The notes under the pieces were generated by a model. That model saw only the letters and a list, made by a program, of their open reading frames with translations, was not told where the DNA came from and did not search any database. From positions 1,056,001 through 1,120,000 of the forward strand of contig CAVSGM010000001.1 in NCBI GenBank assembly GCA_963727485.1: a stretch of DNA of 64,000 bases. Direction: 5' to 3'. Shown here piece by piece: positions 49,799-60,917 of the stretch. The DNA comes from an uncultured delta proteobacterium (lineage in GTDB: Bacteria; Myxococcota; Myxococcia; SLRQ01). How positions within the stretch are numbered: the first letter of the stretch is position 1; every line of letters starts with the position of its first letter. The position numbers and the translations under genes are program-made.

Positions 49799-51399
49799 GC
49801 CTGTCCCTGGCCGAGCGCCTCGCCGAGGAGCGCCTCGTCGTCACCCTCGACGACGACTCGGCGCCGCGCGTCCTGTTCAACGGTGAGGACTTCCTCCTCG
49901 CCGACCTCCCCGCGGGCACCCGCGTCGTCTACCCGCGCAAGCCCCTCGAGGGCGTGGCCAACCCCACCGCGGCGATCCGCTACGCCCTCAACCACCCCCA
50001 CGAGATGGACCCGCTCCACGCCCTGCTCCGGCCGGGGATGAAGCTGACCATCGCCATGGACGACATCTCGCTGCCGCTGCCGCCCATGAAGACCCCGGAC
50101 ATCCGCCAGCAGATCCTGGAGATCGTCCTGGGGATGGCCGCCGACGCCGGCGTCGACGACATCGAGATGGTCATCGCCAACTCGTTGCACCGGCGGATGA
50201 GCGCCTGGGAGGTGAAGCGGATGGTGGGCGCCGAGATCTTCGACGCCTGGTGGCCCGACCGCCTCTACAACCACGACGCCGAGGCCGACGACTTCGTCAC
50301 CCTCGGCGAGACCCGCCACGGTGAGCTGGTGCAGCTCCCGCAGCGCGTCGTGGACAGCGACCTGGTCGTCTACGTGAACATCAACCTCGTCCCCATGGAC
50401 GGGGGCCACAAGTCCGTGGGCGTGGGCCTCTCGAACTACGCGTGCCTGGGGGCGCACCACAACCCGGACACCATCCGCAAGTCGGACTCCTACATGGATC
50501 CGTCGCACTCGGAGCTGTCCCACAGCGTCGAGCGCATCGGGAAGATCGTCGACGAGCACGTGAAGGTCTTCCACATCGAGACCGCGCTGAACAACCGGAT
50601 GTTCGAAGGGCAGATGGAGTTCCTCCAGAAGAACGAGGACCACTTCACCGACTTCGACCGCCTGAAGTTCAAGGCGATGCAGGCGTCCCTGGCGAGGCTC
50701 CCGCGCAAGCTCAAGCGCAAGATGCTCTTCAACGTGCCCGCGGCCTACGAGCTCATCGAGTGCCACGCCGGCGCCACCGAGCCCACCCACCAGCGCATCC
50801 TCGACGCCTGCTTCCGCCAGTACGCGGTGCCGGTGAAGGGCCAGAGCGACGTGCTGATCACCGGCATCCCCTACGTCTCGCCCTACAACGTGTACGCGGC
50901 GCTCAACCCGCTTCTGGTCCAGGTGCTGGCCCTCGGGTACTTCCACAACATGTACCGGGGGGCGCCGGTCCTGAAGAAGGACGGGGTGCTCATCATCACC
51001 CACCCCCTCTACGACGAGTTCGACCCGGTGCAGCACCCCAGCTACATCGAGTTCTTCCACCGGCTGCTGCCCGAGACCCGGGACGCGCACACCCTGATGC
51101 GCAAGTACCAGGACGAGTTCGCCAAGAACCCCACCTACGTGCAGATGTACCGCGAGGGGAACGCCTACCACGGCGCCCACCCCTTCTACATGTGGTACTG
51201 GGGCGAGAACGGCCGGCAGCACGTGGGCAAGGTCATCTGCGTGGGCGCCGAGTCGCCGCATGTCACCGACATCCTCGGGTGGGAGCGGGCCGACACCATC
51301 GCCGAGGCCCTGTCCATGGCCCGGTCGCACCTGGGGCGGAGCCCCGAGGTGACCATGCTCCACCACCCGCCCATCTTCATCTCGGACGTCACTCCGTGA
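49795..51399 (+). CDS. LarA/DUF2088 lactate-racemase-domain protein
   Basis: [44 protein letters not shown] coupling. Confidence 0.82.
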   Translation: MSLSLAERLAEERLVVTLDDDSAPRVLFNGEDFLLADLPAGTRVVYPRKPLEGVANPTAAIRYALNHPHEMDPLHALLRPGMKLTIAMDDISLPLPPMKTPDIRQQILEIVLGMAADAGVDDIEMVIANSLHRRMSAWEVKRMVGAEIFDAWWPDRLYNHDAEADDFVTLGETRHGELVQLPQRVVDSDLVVYVNINLVPMDGGHKSVGVGLSNYACLGAHHNPDTIRKSDSYMDPSHSELSHSVERIGKIVDEHVKVFHIETALNNRMFEGQMEFLQKNEDHFTDFDRLKFKAMQASLARLPRKLKRKMLFNVPAAYELIECHAGATEPTHQRILDACFRQYAVPVKGQSDVLITGIPYVSPYNVYAALNPLLVQVLALGYFHNMYRGAPVLKKDGVLIITHPLYDEFDPVQHPSYIEFFHRLLPETRDAHTLMRKYQDEFAKNPTYVQMYREGNAYHGAHPFYMWYWGENGRQHVGKVICVGAESPHVTDILGWERADTIAEALSMARSHLGRSPEVTMLHHPPIFISDVTP

Positions 51400-54300
51400 T
51401 CGAGACCCAGGACACCGGCCCGGTCTCCATCGGGCACCTCCTCGAGAAGAGGCGCATCCTGGTCACCGGGGCCACCGGCTTCGTGGGCAAGGTGGCGCTC
51501 TCCATGCTCCTCGACCGGTACCCCGGCGTGGGCAAGGTCTACGTCCTGGTGCGCCCGGGCCTCTCGGGCACCGCCGACGACCGCTTCTTCGGGAAGGTCC
51601 TGGCGTCGCCGCCCTTCGATCCCCTGCGCGCCACCCACGGCGACGGCCTCGAGGCCTGGATGCGCGAGAAGTGCGAGCCGGTCGCCGGCGACGTCACCGA
51701 GCCCAACCTCGGGCTCGCCGACGACGTGGTGGGGCGCCTGGTGGGGCAGGTCGACGTCATCCTCAACTCCGCGGGGATGGTCGACTTCACCCCGCCGCTC
51801 GACCAGTCGCTCCGGGTCAACTCCCAGGGGGCGCGCCACGCCGTGGAGCTCGCCGCGCGGCTGGGCGCCGGGCTGGTCCACGTGTCCACCTGCTTCACCG
51901 CCGGCCAGCGCGACGGCCACGTCTTCGAGGACCTCGACCTCAAGGGCTACTACCCCAAGCGCCCCGACCTCGGCGACGACTTCGACGCCGCCGCCGAGCT
52001 CGAGGACGGGTGGCAGCGCGTCGCCGAGGTGAAGGCGAAGGTCGAGGACCGGGCCCTGCGCGCCGACCTCTCGCGGCTGGCCCGGGAGCGCCTCGAGGCC
52101 GACGGACGGAACCCCGACGACCCGGGTCAGCTCAAGCTCGCCTTCGGCCGCGAGCGCAAGGCCTGGCAGAGCTCGGCGCTCGTCGACCTGGGCATGGACC
52201 GGGCCAAGCTCTGGGGCTGGCAGAACACCTACTGCTACTCCAAGAGCCTGGGCGACCAGCTCATCCTCGACTACGCGGCGACGGTGCCGGGGATGAACGT
52301 GGCGCTCGCCAAGCCCGCGGTGGTGGAGAGCGCGCTCGCCTACCCGTTCCCCGGGTGGAACGAGGGCTTCACCACCTGCGCGCCCCTGATGTACCTGGGG
52401 ATCAAGGGCCATCGGACCTTCCCCTCGGCGCCGGGGACCATCCTCGACGTCATCCCCGTGGACCAGGTGGCGGCCGGGCTCATCGCCATCACCGCCCTGA
52501 CCGCGGCGGGGCGCCAGGAGCAGGTCTACCAGCTGTGCACCGGCGACTCGAACCCCCTGTGGATGGACCGGGTCATCGAGCTCACCGCCCTGGCCCGGCG
52601 CCAGCACTACCGGGGCCGGGAGTCGGGCAGCGCCCGCCTCGACCACCTCCTGTCGCGCATCGAGCCCCTGCCCAAGAGCAAGCGGGTCTACGACCGGGTC
52701 AGCGTCCCCGCGGCCAAGCGCCTCACCGACCGGCTGCGCAACGCCATCGACCGGGTGGAGCCCACCTGGGGCGCGCCCATGGTCAAGGGGCTCCTCGACG
52801 AGGCGCGCAGCACCCTCGACCGGGTCGACGGCTTCCACGACGAGCGGGGGATGCTCTTCAATCTCTACATGCCGTTCCTCACCGAGGCGCGCTACACCTT
52901 CCGCGCCGACCGGATGAACCGCCTGGCGGCGCGGATGACCCCCGAGGATCGGGAGAAGCTCGGCTGGGATCCGGCGGGGATCCACTGGCGTGACTACTGG
53001 CTCGACACCCACGTGAAGGGCCTCAAGCGCTGGGTCTTCCCCAACCTCGAGGAGGAGCTGGGGAACCGCGGGCGCCGGCGCGAGCGGCCCGCCCGGGACC
53101 TCCTGGAGCTGCTGCAGCTCTCGGTGCGCCGCCACGGGAAGCGCTGGGCGCTCCGGCAGGTCGAGGACGGAACGCGAGGCGCGCTACACCTACGAGGAGC
53201 TGTGGCGTTTCGCCGAGCGCGCCGCCGGCCACCTCGCCGCCGAGGCCCGCCTCGCCGCCGGGGAGCGGGTGATGCTCCTCTCCGAGAACCGCCCCGAGTG
53301 GCCCATGGCCTTCTTCGGGGTGCTCCGGGCCGGAGGCGTGGTGGTGCCGGTGGACGCCGACGCCTCGGCCGCCGAGGTGGCCAACCTCGCCAAGGCCAGC
53401 GGCGCCCGGGCGGTGATCCTCTCCGACGAGGTGCGCGATCGCCTCGGCGGGGCGCTGGCCGCGGCCCTCGACCAGCGGGGACAGGACCCGGCCGTCGTCG
53501 ACCTCGCCGCGCTCTTCGCCCCCGGCCCCGAGACGCCGGCCCTCCCGCGCCTCAAGGCCGACACCCTGGCGTCCGTCATCTTCACCAGCGGCACCACCGG
53601 CACGCCCAAGGGCGTGATGCTCACCCACCGCAACTTCACCTCGCTCACCGCGAAGCTCACCTCGGTCTTCGATCTCAAGCCCGCCGAGGGGGTGCTCTCG
53701 GTCCTGCCGCTCCACCACACCTTCGAGTTCACCTGCGGCCTGCTCACGCCGCTGGCCCAGGGCGCCGAGATCACCTACCTCGGCGAGCTCACCGCCGACG
53801 CCCTCTCCGACGCCCTGCGCGGCGGGCGCATCACCGCCATGGTCGGGGTGCCGGCCCTGTGGCAGACCCTCCACCGGCGCATCGAGCAGGACCTCGAGGC
53901 CCGGGGCCCCTGGGCCAGGGAGCTGGTCCACGGGATCATGTCCCTGAACCGCGAGCTCCGGGACCGGACGCCCATCAACCTGGGCAAGCTCCTCTTCCTC
54001 CCGGTGCACCGGCGCCTGGGCAACGTGCGCTTCCTGGTGAGCGGCGGCTCGGCGCTCCCGCCCGAGGTCCTCGAGGCCTTCCAGGGCCTGGGCTTCGATC
54101 TCTACGAGGGCTACGGCCTCACCGAGGCGGCGCCGGTGATCACCGTCAGCCGCCCCGGCGAGGGGGCCAAGGTCGGCTCGGTGGGCCAGGCGCTGCCGGG
54201 CCTCGAGGTGCGCATCTCCGACCCCGACGGCGAGGGGGTGGGCGAGGTCGTGGCCCGGGGCCCGAGCGTGATGCAGGGCTACTTCGGCGACACCGCCGCC

Positions 54301-55911
54301 ACCGAGGCCACCCTCGAGGGCGGGTGGCTGCACACCGGCGACCTCGGCCGCCTCGACGCCGACGGCAACCTCTACATCGTCGGCCGGGCCAAGGACGTCA
54401 TCGTCGACGCCGGGGGCAAGAACATCTACCCCGACGAGATCGAGACCCTCTACGGCGAGCACCCCTATCTCCTGGAGCTCTGCGTGGTGGGCCTCGCCGA
54501 GACCGGCTCGAAGGGCGAGCGGGTAGCCTGCCTCGCCGTCCCCGACTACGAGGCCGGCGAGCAGGCCGGCCTCTCCCGCGACGAGGTGAGGGCCCAGGTG
54601 CGCGCCCACTTCCGCGACGTCGGGGCCACGCTGCCCCTCTACCGGCGCATCAAGGTCCTCCACCTCTGGGACGGCGAGCTCCCACGCACGGCCACCCGCA
54701 AGGTGCGCCGGCCGATGGTGGTCACCGAGCTGGGGCGCCTGGAGCGCGCCAGCCGGGCCACCGGGGGCAAGGCGCCACCGCCCCGGCGCGAGGGGGCGGC
54801 GTGGGTCACCGGCCTGGTCGCCGCGGTGGCGCAGAAGCAGGCCGACCAGGTGCGCCCCGAGGACAAGCTGGTCGACGACCTGGGCCTCGACTCCCTGGGC
54901 CTCTCCGAGCTCGGCGCCGCGGTGGAGGAGGCCGGGGTGCGCCTCCCCGAGGGCCTCGAGGCCGAGCTCCAGGGGGCCACCGTCGCCGACCTGGCCCGGA
55001 TCGTCGCCGCCGCCCCGCGCACCTCCGCCAAGACGCCGACCAAGGCGCCGGTGGCGGTGGGCGAGCTCGAGCTCCCCGAGGTGGTGGCGCGCCTGGGTAC
55101 CCGGGCCCTGCGCCTCGGCCAGCGGGCGATCTACGAGCAGCTCCTCGAGGTCCGGGTCATGGGCCAGGAGCACCTGCCCACCCAGGGCTCGGTGCTGGTC
55201 GCCGCCAACCACTCCAGCCACCTCGACATGGGCCTGGTGAAGCACGCCCTCGGCGAGCAGGGCGACCGGCTGGCCACGCTCGCGGCCCGCGACTACTTCT
55301 TCGGCACGCCCCTGCGCCGCCTCTACTTCGGCAGCTTCACCAACCTGCTCCCCATGGAGCGCGAGGGGTCGGTGCGCGAGAGCCTGCGGCTCGCCGGCCA
55401 GGCCCTGCACCGGGGCCACCACCTGCTCATCTTCCCCGAGGGCACCCGGTCGACCAGCGGGGAGATGGCGCCGTTCCTCCCCAGCGTCGGCTACCTCGCC
55501 CTCCAGCAGAAGGCCGACGTCCTCCCCATGTACCTCGGCGGCACCCACGACGCCCTCCCCAAGGGCGCCAGCCTCCCCAAGCGGATGCCCCTGCGGGTGG
55601 CCATCGGGCCGGTGATCCCGGTGTCGGTCCTCGCCGCGGCCACCGAGGGGCTCGGGCGCCAGGACACCTACCGCCTGGCCACGGCGATCATCGAGGACGC
55701 GGTCTGCGCCCTCCGGGACGCACGGTCGAAGCGCACCCCCGCCGAGATCCGCGCCGGGCTCGACGGCCTCGGCGAGACCCGGGACGCCCGGGCCCAGCGG
55801 GCCGCCCTCGACGAGGCCGAGGGGGTCGCGGGGGCCGACCGGACCCCGGACGCCCTCCCCGACGACGACGCACCTGCGGCCGCCCCCCACATCGAGGAGC
55901 TCGACGGATGA
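51396..55911 (+). CDS. elbD: ElbD-like multidomain ether-lipid enzyme (fatty acyl reductase - acyl-CoA/AMP ligase - ACP - acyltransferase), with +1 frameshift at ~53171
   Basis: TGATGFVG and [13 protein letters not shown] (reductase); [21 protein letters not shown] (AMP-binding); LGLDSL (ACP Ser); NHSSHLD, FPEGTRS (PlsC-type). LRQVEDG joins [10 protein letters not shown] after removing one A. Confidence 0.85.
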
Positions 55912-56912
55912 GTCGCACCGTCCTGGTCACCGGCGGCACCGGGTTCCTGGGCCGGCACCTGGTCCACCACCTCCTCGGCACCGGCGCCAAGGTGCGCGTG
56001 CTGGCCCGGGGCGAGGACGAGGCCCTCACCGCGGCCGGGGCCGAGGTCCGCGCCGGCTCCATCCTCGACCCCCAGGCCGTCGCCTCCGCGGCGAAGGGCT
56101 GCGAGGCGGTGCTCCACTGCGCCGGCCTGGTCTCCCGGGACCCGGAGCACGCCGCGCGTCTCTACCAGCTCCACATCGAGGGCACCCGCACCGTGCTCAC
56201 CGCCGCGGCCGAGGCCGGGGTGGGGCGCCTGGTGCTGGCGAGCACCAGCGGCACCGTGGCCGTGTCGCGGGACCCGGAGCCCGTCCCCGACGAGACCTTC
56301 CCCGACCCCATCGAGCTCATCGGCGCCTGGCCCTACTACACCAGCAAGCTCTACCAGGAGCGCGCGGCCTTCCGCCTCGGCGCCGAGCTCGGGGTGGAGG
56401 TGGTCTCGGCGAACCCCAGCCTGCTCCTCGGCCCCGGCGACGTCCGGGTCTCCTCGGTGGGCGACGTCCTCAACTTCCTCCAGCGCGACGTGCCGGTGGT
56501 GCCCCCCGGCGGCCTCTCCTTCGTCGACGCCCGGGACGTCGCCGTGGCCATGACCACCCTCCTCGACCGGGGCGAACCGGGGCAGCGCTACCTCCTCACC
56601 GGCGCCAACCTGTCCTTCGAGCACTTCTTCGATCGCCTGGCCCACATCTCCGGGGTCGACCCGCCCCGGATGCGCCTGCCCAAGGAGGCCCTGCGACTGG
56701 GGGCCCGGGCCCTGGACCTCGCCGGCAAGGCGCTGCGCTTCACCCCCAAGGTCGACCCGGTGAGCGCCGCCATGGCCGAGGTCTTCTGGTACGCCGACGA
56801 CGCCAAGGCGCGCCGGGAGCTCGACTTCGTCTCCCGGGACCCCTACGAGACCCTCGCCGACACCGTGCTCGACCTCAAGGAGCGGGGGCTCTGGGAGCCG
56901 AGGGCCGCCTGA
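55908..56912 (+). CDS. NAD-dependent epimerase/dehydratase (extended SDR)
   Basis: TGGTGFLG, STSG, YYTSK, NPSLLLGPGD, FVDARDVA. Confidence 0.9.
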   Translation: MSRTVLVTGGTGFLGRHLVHHLLGTGAKVRVLARGEDEALTAAGAEVRAGSILDPQAVASAAKGCEAVLHCAGLVSRDPEHAARLYQLHIEGTRTVLTAAAEAGVGRLVLASTSGTVAVSRDPEPVPDETFPDPIELIGAWPYYTSKLYQERAAFRLGAELGVEVVSANPSLLLGPGDVRVSSVGDVLNFLQRDVPVVPPGGLSFVDARDVAVAMTTLLDRGEPGQRYLLTGANLSFEHFFDRLAHISGVDPPRMRLPKEALRLGARALDLAGKALRFTPKVDPVSAAMAEVFWYADDAKARRELDFVSRDPYETLADTVLDLKERGLWEPRAA

Positions 56913-57256
56913 TGCCGCCGCCGTTCACCCGACACGTCTTCATCTGCACCAACGAGCGCCCCCCGGGCCACCCCAAGGGCGACTGCCTCTCCAAGGGCGG
57001 GCCCGAGGTGGTCCAGGCCTTCAAGGCCGAGCTGGCGCAGCGCGGGCTCAAGGGCAGCATCCGGGCCCAGCGCGCCGGCTGCCTCGACAACTGCGCCCTG
57101 GGGGTGAGCGTGGTCGTCTACCCCGAGGCCGTGTGGTACGCCCACGTCACCGTCGACGACGTCGCCGAGATCGTGGAGCGGCACCTGGTGGGCGGGGAGC
57201 CGGTCGAGCGCCTGCGGATCTACCAGGGCGACGCCGGGCCGGCGCGCCAAGCCTAG
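56912..57256 (+). CDS. Thioredoxin-like [2Fe-2S] ferredoxin
   Basis: HVFICTNER...C...AGCLDNC..G..VVVYPEAVWY...HLVGGEPV; TGATG coupling. Confidence 0.93.
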   Translation: MPPPFTRHVFICTNERPPGHPKGDCLSKGGPEVVQAFKAELAQRGLKGSIRAQRAGCLDNCALGVSVVVYPEAVWYAHVTVDDVAEIVERHLVGGEPVERLRIYQGDAGPARQA

Positions 57257-57612
57257 GCGGTCGCCAGGAGCGCCGCGGCCACCTTCGCCACCGCCGACGC
57301 CGCCTCCAGCGCCAGCGCCGGCCGGTCACCCTCCTCGGAGAGGTAATGGAGGCGCAGCTCCACCCGGCCCGTCGCCGGCACCACCAGGAGCCGGTGGCCG
57401 CCCGTAAGCTCCAGGTCCCACACCGACGGCACCCGGGTGTGGTCCACGTGCCCGGCGGCGACCAGGGCGGCCCGGAGGTCCTCCCACGAGGACACCGGCG
57501 CCGCCAGCCTCACCCGCCAGGTGAGGTGGCGATAGCAGCCGTGGGCCATGGTGACCGCGGCCCAGTCGTTCGACAGCGCGTCGAGGGTGCCGTCGTCCCC
57601 GTCACCCGACAT
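57253..57612 (-). CDS. Small hypothetical protein, last gene of the ParA/roadblock/V4R operon
   Basis: Globular-looking ORF overlapping the end of the upstream gene by 11 bp; start uncertain (57612 or 57549). Confidence 0.55.
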   Translation of the reverse strand: MSGDGDDGTLDALSNDWAAVTMAHGCYRHLTWRVRLAAPVSSWEDLRAALVAAGHVDHTRVPSVWDLELTGGHRLLVVPATGRVELRLHYLSEEGDRPALALEAASAVAKVAAALLATA

Positions 57613-58879
57613 GGGTGACGACGACCTCGGAGTACGGGTACCCCATGGCCGTGGACCGGGTCTGCTCCACCTTCCAGGGCAGGGTGCCGCCGTGGAAGAG
57701 CGACTGGTAGAGCTCGGGGGTGAGCTGCACCGGCTTCGTCCAGTCGACCCGGTGGGCGAGCTGGGCGATGGCCAGCGCCGCCCCCTGGAAGAAGTACTCG
57801 GGAGGCCGTTTCGCGACCCCGTGGCGGGTGCGGTAGTAGACGCTCTCGTAGGTGGCCGGGGCGCGCACCACCAGCCGCTCGCCGGGGACGAACTCGTGAA
57901 GGGTCCAGTGGCCGAAGCCCAGCGCCCGGGCGATGGCCAGGGCCCCGGCGACGATGGGCCGCGGCTCCCCGGAGTGGGGCCCGACCATCCCCTCCCACTC
58001 GGGCGAGGCGAGGATGCCGCCGAAGGTGTTGAACACGCACACGTGCCCGCTCTCCCGGAGGAGGTCCTCGAAGACGCCCACCGAGCCCGGGGCCCGGCGC
58101 TCGACGTCGAGGAGGGTGTCGTAGGAGATCCGGTTGTAGTAGCCGGCGAGGTGCATGGTGACGAAGACCCCGAAGGCCTGCACCAGGCCCCGGGCGTCCC
58201 CGGCGACCCCGGCGGTGAAGTCCCGCAGACCGCCGGCGATGGTGGCGATGGTCTCCTCGTCCTCGCCGTCGAAGGTGGGCTTCACCTGGGCGGCGGCCTC
58301 GGTGCCGGTGACCACGGGTACCGCCGGGGTGGGCGAGCCCGCGGCGGCGATCTCGAAGCGGCACTGCTCGGCGCGCAGCGCCACGCAGGCGGTCTCGGTG
58401 GCGTCGAGGGTCTCCCGGGCGACGCCGTAGGCGACCTCGGTGGCGGCGGCGGCGAAGCCCGCGGCGAAGGCGTCGGCGGGGTGGCGGCGGCGGATCTTCT
58501 GCCCGTACTTCTCGTGCCAGGCGAAGCCGTAGTGGAGGAACTCGCCGATGGCGTTGCCCCCGGTGGCGTCGGCGCGCACCGAGAGGCGGCCGTGGCCCAT
58601 GGCGGCGAAGGTCTCCATGGCGCACTGCATCCGCTCCACCGGCGTCACCGCACCGGTGCGCTCGCAGAGGGCCGAGAGGAAGGTGTGGGCCGCCTCCCGG
58701 GCGGCAACGAAGCGCAGCCGGGCCCCGGCCTCGGGTCCCAGGGCGTCGTCGACGGTCTGGTCGAGGAAGAGGTTGAAGTGGTGGCAGTGGTAGACCGCGG
58801 GCACCCCGACCATGGTCATCAGGTCGTAGCCGGGGAGGTAGGCGCGGGGGGACTCGGTGGGGGTCTCGGGGGTGGTCAT
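57602..58879 (-). CDS. Tandem V4R/H-NOX-fold protein
   Basis: Two similar halves: AMGHGRL...ETACVALRAEQCRFEI and ALGFGHW...QTRSTAMGYPYSEVVV; N-terminal HCHH motif. Confidence 0.7.
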   Translation of the reverse strand: MTTPETPTESPRAYLPGYDLMTMVGVPAVYHCHHFNLFLDQTVDDALGPEAGARLRFVAAREAAHTFLSALCERTGAVTPVERMQCAMETFAAMGHGRLSVRADATGGNAIGEFLHYGFAWHEKYGQKIRRRHPADAFAAGFAAAATEVAYGVARETLDATETACVALRAEQCRFEIAAAGSPTPAVPVVTGTEAAAQVKPTFDGEDEETIATIAGGLRDFTAGVAGDARGLVQAFGVFVTMHLAGYYNRISYDTLLDVERRAPGSVGVFEDLLRESGHVCVFNTFGGILASPEWEGMVGPHSGEPRPIVAGALAIARALGFGHWTLHEFVPGERLVVRAPATYESVYYRTRHGVAKRPPEYFFQGAALAIAQLAHRVDWTKPVQLTPELYQSLFHGGTLPWKVEQTRSTAMGYPYSEVVVTHVG

Positions 58880-58891
58880 CGTCGCCTCGCG

Positions 58892-59471
58892 TCAGATGGA
58901 GAGGGTCTCGAGGCCGAGGATGTCCTTCACGGACTCCTCGAAGGCGTCGAGCTGCTCCGGGGTGAGGGCCTCGGCCTTGCGCAACGACTCCAGGGGGACG
59001 CCGGTCCGCAGGGCCACGCGGGCCAGGGCGGCGTGGGGATCCGGGGCGTACTTCTCCAGGAACTCGGTGATCCGGAATCCCCCGGGGACGCTCCTTGACC
59101 TCGAGGCGCGGGAGCACCGGCTCGAGGCGCTCGAGGAGGCGCTTGGTGTACATCCGCACCATGCCCAGGGGCGCCTCGCGCTCGAAGGCGAAGGTGACCA
59201 CGAAGTCGCCGTGGAGCTCCCGGAGCACCAGGAGCAGGTCCGCGGACTCGATGGTGACCTGCATCTCCGCCGACCAGCTCTTGAGGGCCTTGAGCCCCTC
59301 GCGGTTGGCGCGGACCAGGTCGCCGAAGAACGAGGCGGTGTCCTCGGGGACCCAGGTCTCCTCGGCGGTGGTCCAGGCATCGAAGAGCAGGCAGTCGGGC
59401 ATCGCGGTCACGAAGACCCCGCGCAGCGACGGCACATCGGCGACAACGTCCTTGAGATGGGGCCGTTCCAT
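58892..59471 (-). CDS. Roadblock/LC7 (MglB-like) domain plus C-terminal helical domain, with +1 frameshift at ~59080
   Basis: Pattern helix - GVFVTAMPDCLL - helix - VTIESADLLLVLREL..DFVVTFAF..APLGMVRM; continues in another frame as RITEFLEKYAPDPHAALARVALRTG. Confidence 0.7.
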
Positions 59472-60142
59472 CAGGCTTCTCCTCGAGCTCTCACCGAGAG
59501 CTGGGTGATTCGGCGGATTCGGTGGACCATGTCCCGGTTCAGGGCGCCTCCGAGGACCAGGCCCACGGCGAGGCGGCCGGCGGAGGTGTCGGACCAGATG
59601 ACCTGGAGCACGTTCTGGTGGTCGAGCTCCACGGTGGAGCTGCCGGCGACCGGGGAGGGGACGAAGCGGGCGATGGTCTCCTGGGCGCGGCCCAGGGGTC
59701 CCACCGCCGCGAGATAGCTCTCGGGGGCGTTCCGGTTGGTCAGGGGCAGCCCGTCGGTGTCGGTGACGAAGGCGGCGTAGGCGCCGGTGCCCCCCATGAG
59801 CCAGTCGACGAAGGCGGCGAGGCGCGCCTCCATGTTCAGGGTGTCGGCGTAGACCCCGAAGACGGTGGCCTCGAGGTCCGCCTCGTCGAGCTCGGCGATG
59901 GTCGGGAGGCCCGCGTCGTCCTCGGCGTCGAGGGTGTCGGCGGGGTCGGCGGGGTCGGCGGGGGGCACGGCCGCGGCGGGGGGCCGGGGCGCCGCCACCA
60001 CCGGGGCGGGCGGTCCGGGCGAGGTGAAGGCCTCGACGCCCAGGGGCGCCGTCGGCGCCGCGGGGGCGTCTTGGACCCCCGCCCGGGCGAGGAGGCGCGC
60101 CAGGGCCTCGCGGTCAGGTAAGAAGCGGGATCGGGCCATCAT
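59471..60142 (-). CDS. Pro/Ala-rich N-terminus plus roadblock/LC7-like domain
   Basis: GAYAAFVTDTDGLPL hairpin, helix, three strands, final helix; overlaps both neighbours. Confidence 0.65.
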   Translation of the reverse strand: MMARSRFLPDREALARLLARAGVQDAPAAPTAPLGVEAFTSPGPPAPVVAAPRPPAAAVPPADPADPADTLDAEDDAGLPTIAELDEADLEATVFGVYADTLNMEARLAAFVDWLMGGTGAYAAFVTDTDGLPLTNRNAPESYLAAVGPLGRAQETIARFVPSPVAGSSTVELDHQNVLQVIWSDTSAGRLAVGLVLGGALNRDMVHRIRRITQLSVRARGEA

Positions 60143-60917
60143 CGGTCTCGTCGGTTGCCAGCCCCACCCGGTGCTCGAGCTCGGTGGCGGCCTGGTCGAA
60201 GAGGGCGGCCGCCGGGGGCGCCTGGCGGCGGAGGAGGCCCACGGGGACGCCGGCCCCGCTCGCCTGGAGGAAGACCGGGTCCCGGGGGACGGTGGTCTTG
60301 AGCACTGCGGCCTCGGGGAGCTCGGTGGCCGCCTCCAGGGCCACCCCCGCCGACTCGGCGTCGCCGCGGTCGACCATGGTGAGGAGGAAGCCGCCGAGGG
60401 TCACCTGGGCGCCCTCCTCGCGCAGGGCCCCGATGACCTCCAGGAGCTGGGCCGCGGAGCGCAGGGCCAAGGGCTCGGACTGGAGGGGGCTGATGACCGA
60501 GTGGGCCACCCGCATCACCCCCAGGGTGGCGCCGGTGAACCCCGAGGGGGTGTCGAGGAGGAGGACGTCGAAGCGGGGCGTCGCCTCGGCCACCAGGCGC
60601 CGCAGCGCCTTGCCGTCGGCGAGACGCGAGGCGAAGGCGTGGGTCGCCTGGATGGCGAGGTTGCCCACCGGGAGGAGGTGGAGCTCGGAGAGCCGGGTCC
60701 GCATCATCACCGCGTCCAGGGTGAGCTCCCGGGCGACGTAGCCGGCGAGGCCGGGCCCGGTCTTCATGCCCTGGAGCGAGAGCCCGACGCCGCCCTGGGG
60801 GTCGGTGTCCGCGAGGAGCACCCGGTGCCCCCGCCGCGCCAGGGCGAAGGCGGTGTTGAGGGCGACGGTGGTCTTGCCCACGCCGCCCTTCTGGCTCACC
60901 ACGCCGATGACTTTCAT
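60114..60917 (-). CDS. ParA/MinD-family ATPase
   Basis: GAGGA RBS; SQKGGVGKTT deviant Walker A, DTDPQG, LLDTPSG. Confidence 0.93.
   Translation of the reverse strand: MKVIGVVSQKGGVGKTTVALNTAFALARRGHRVLLADTDPQGGVGLSLQGMKTGPGLAGYVARELTLDAVMMRTRLSELHLLPVGNLAIQATHAFASRLADGKALRRLVAEATPRFDVLLLDTPSGFTGATLGVMRVAHSVISPLQSEPLALRSAAQLLEVIGALREEGAQVTLGGFLLTMVDRGDAESAGVALEAATELPEAAVLKTTVPRDPVFLQASGAGVPVGLLRRQAPPAAALFDQAATELEHRVGLATDETDDGPIPLLT

Noticed and set aside
50442..56912. 2156-aa ORF in the track
   Set aside because: Chimera: off-frame N-terminus, the reductase half of the elbD-like gene, off-frame read-through after the 53171 frameshift, then the separate SDR gene starting at 55908.
60114..60917. 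ParA gene as a chromosome or plasmid partition locus, or as bcsQ of a cellulose operon
   Set aside because: No parB, parS, rep or bcsA/bcsB nearby; the context is the roadblock/V4R operon.
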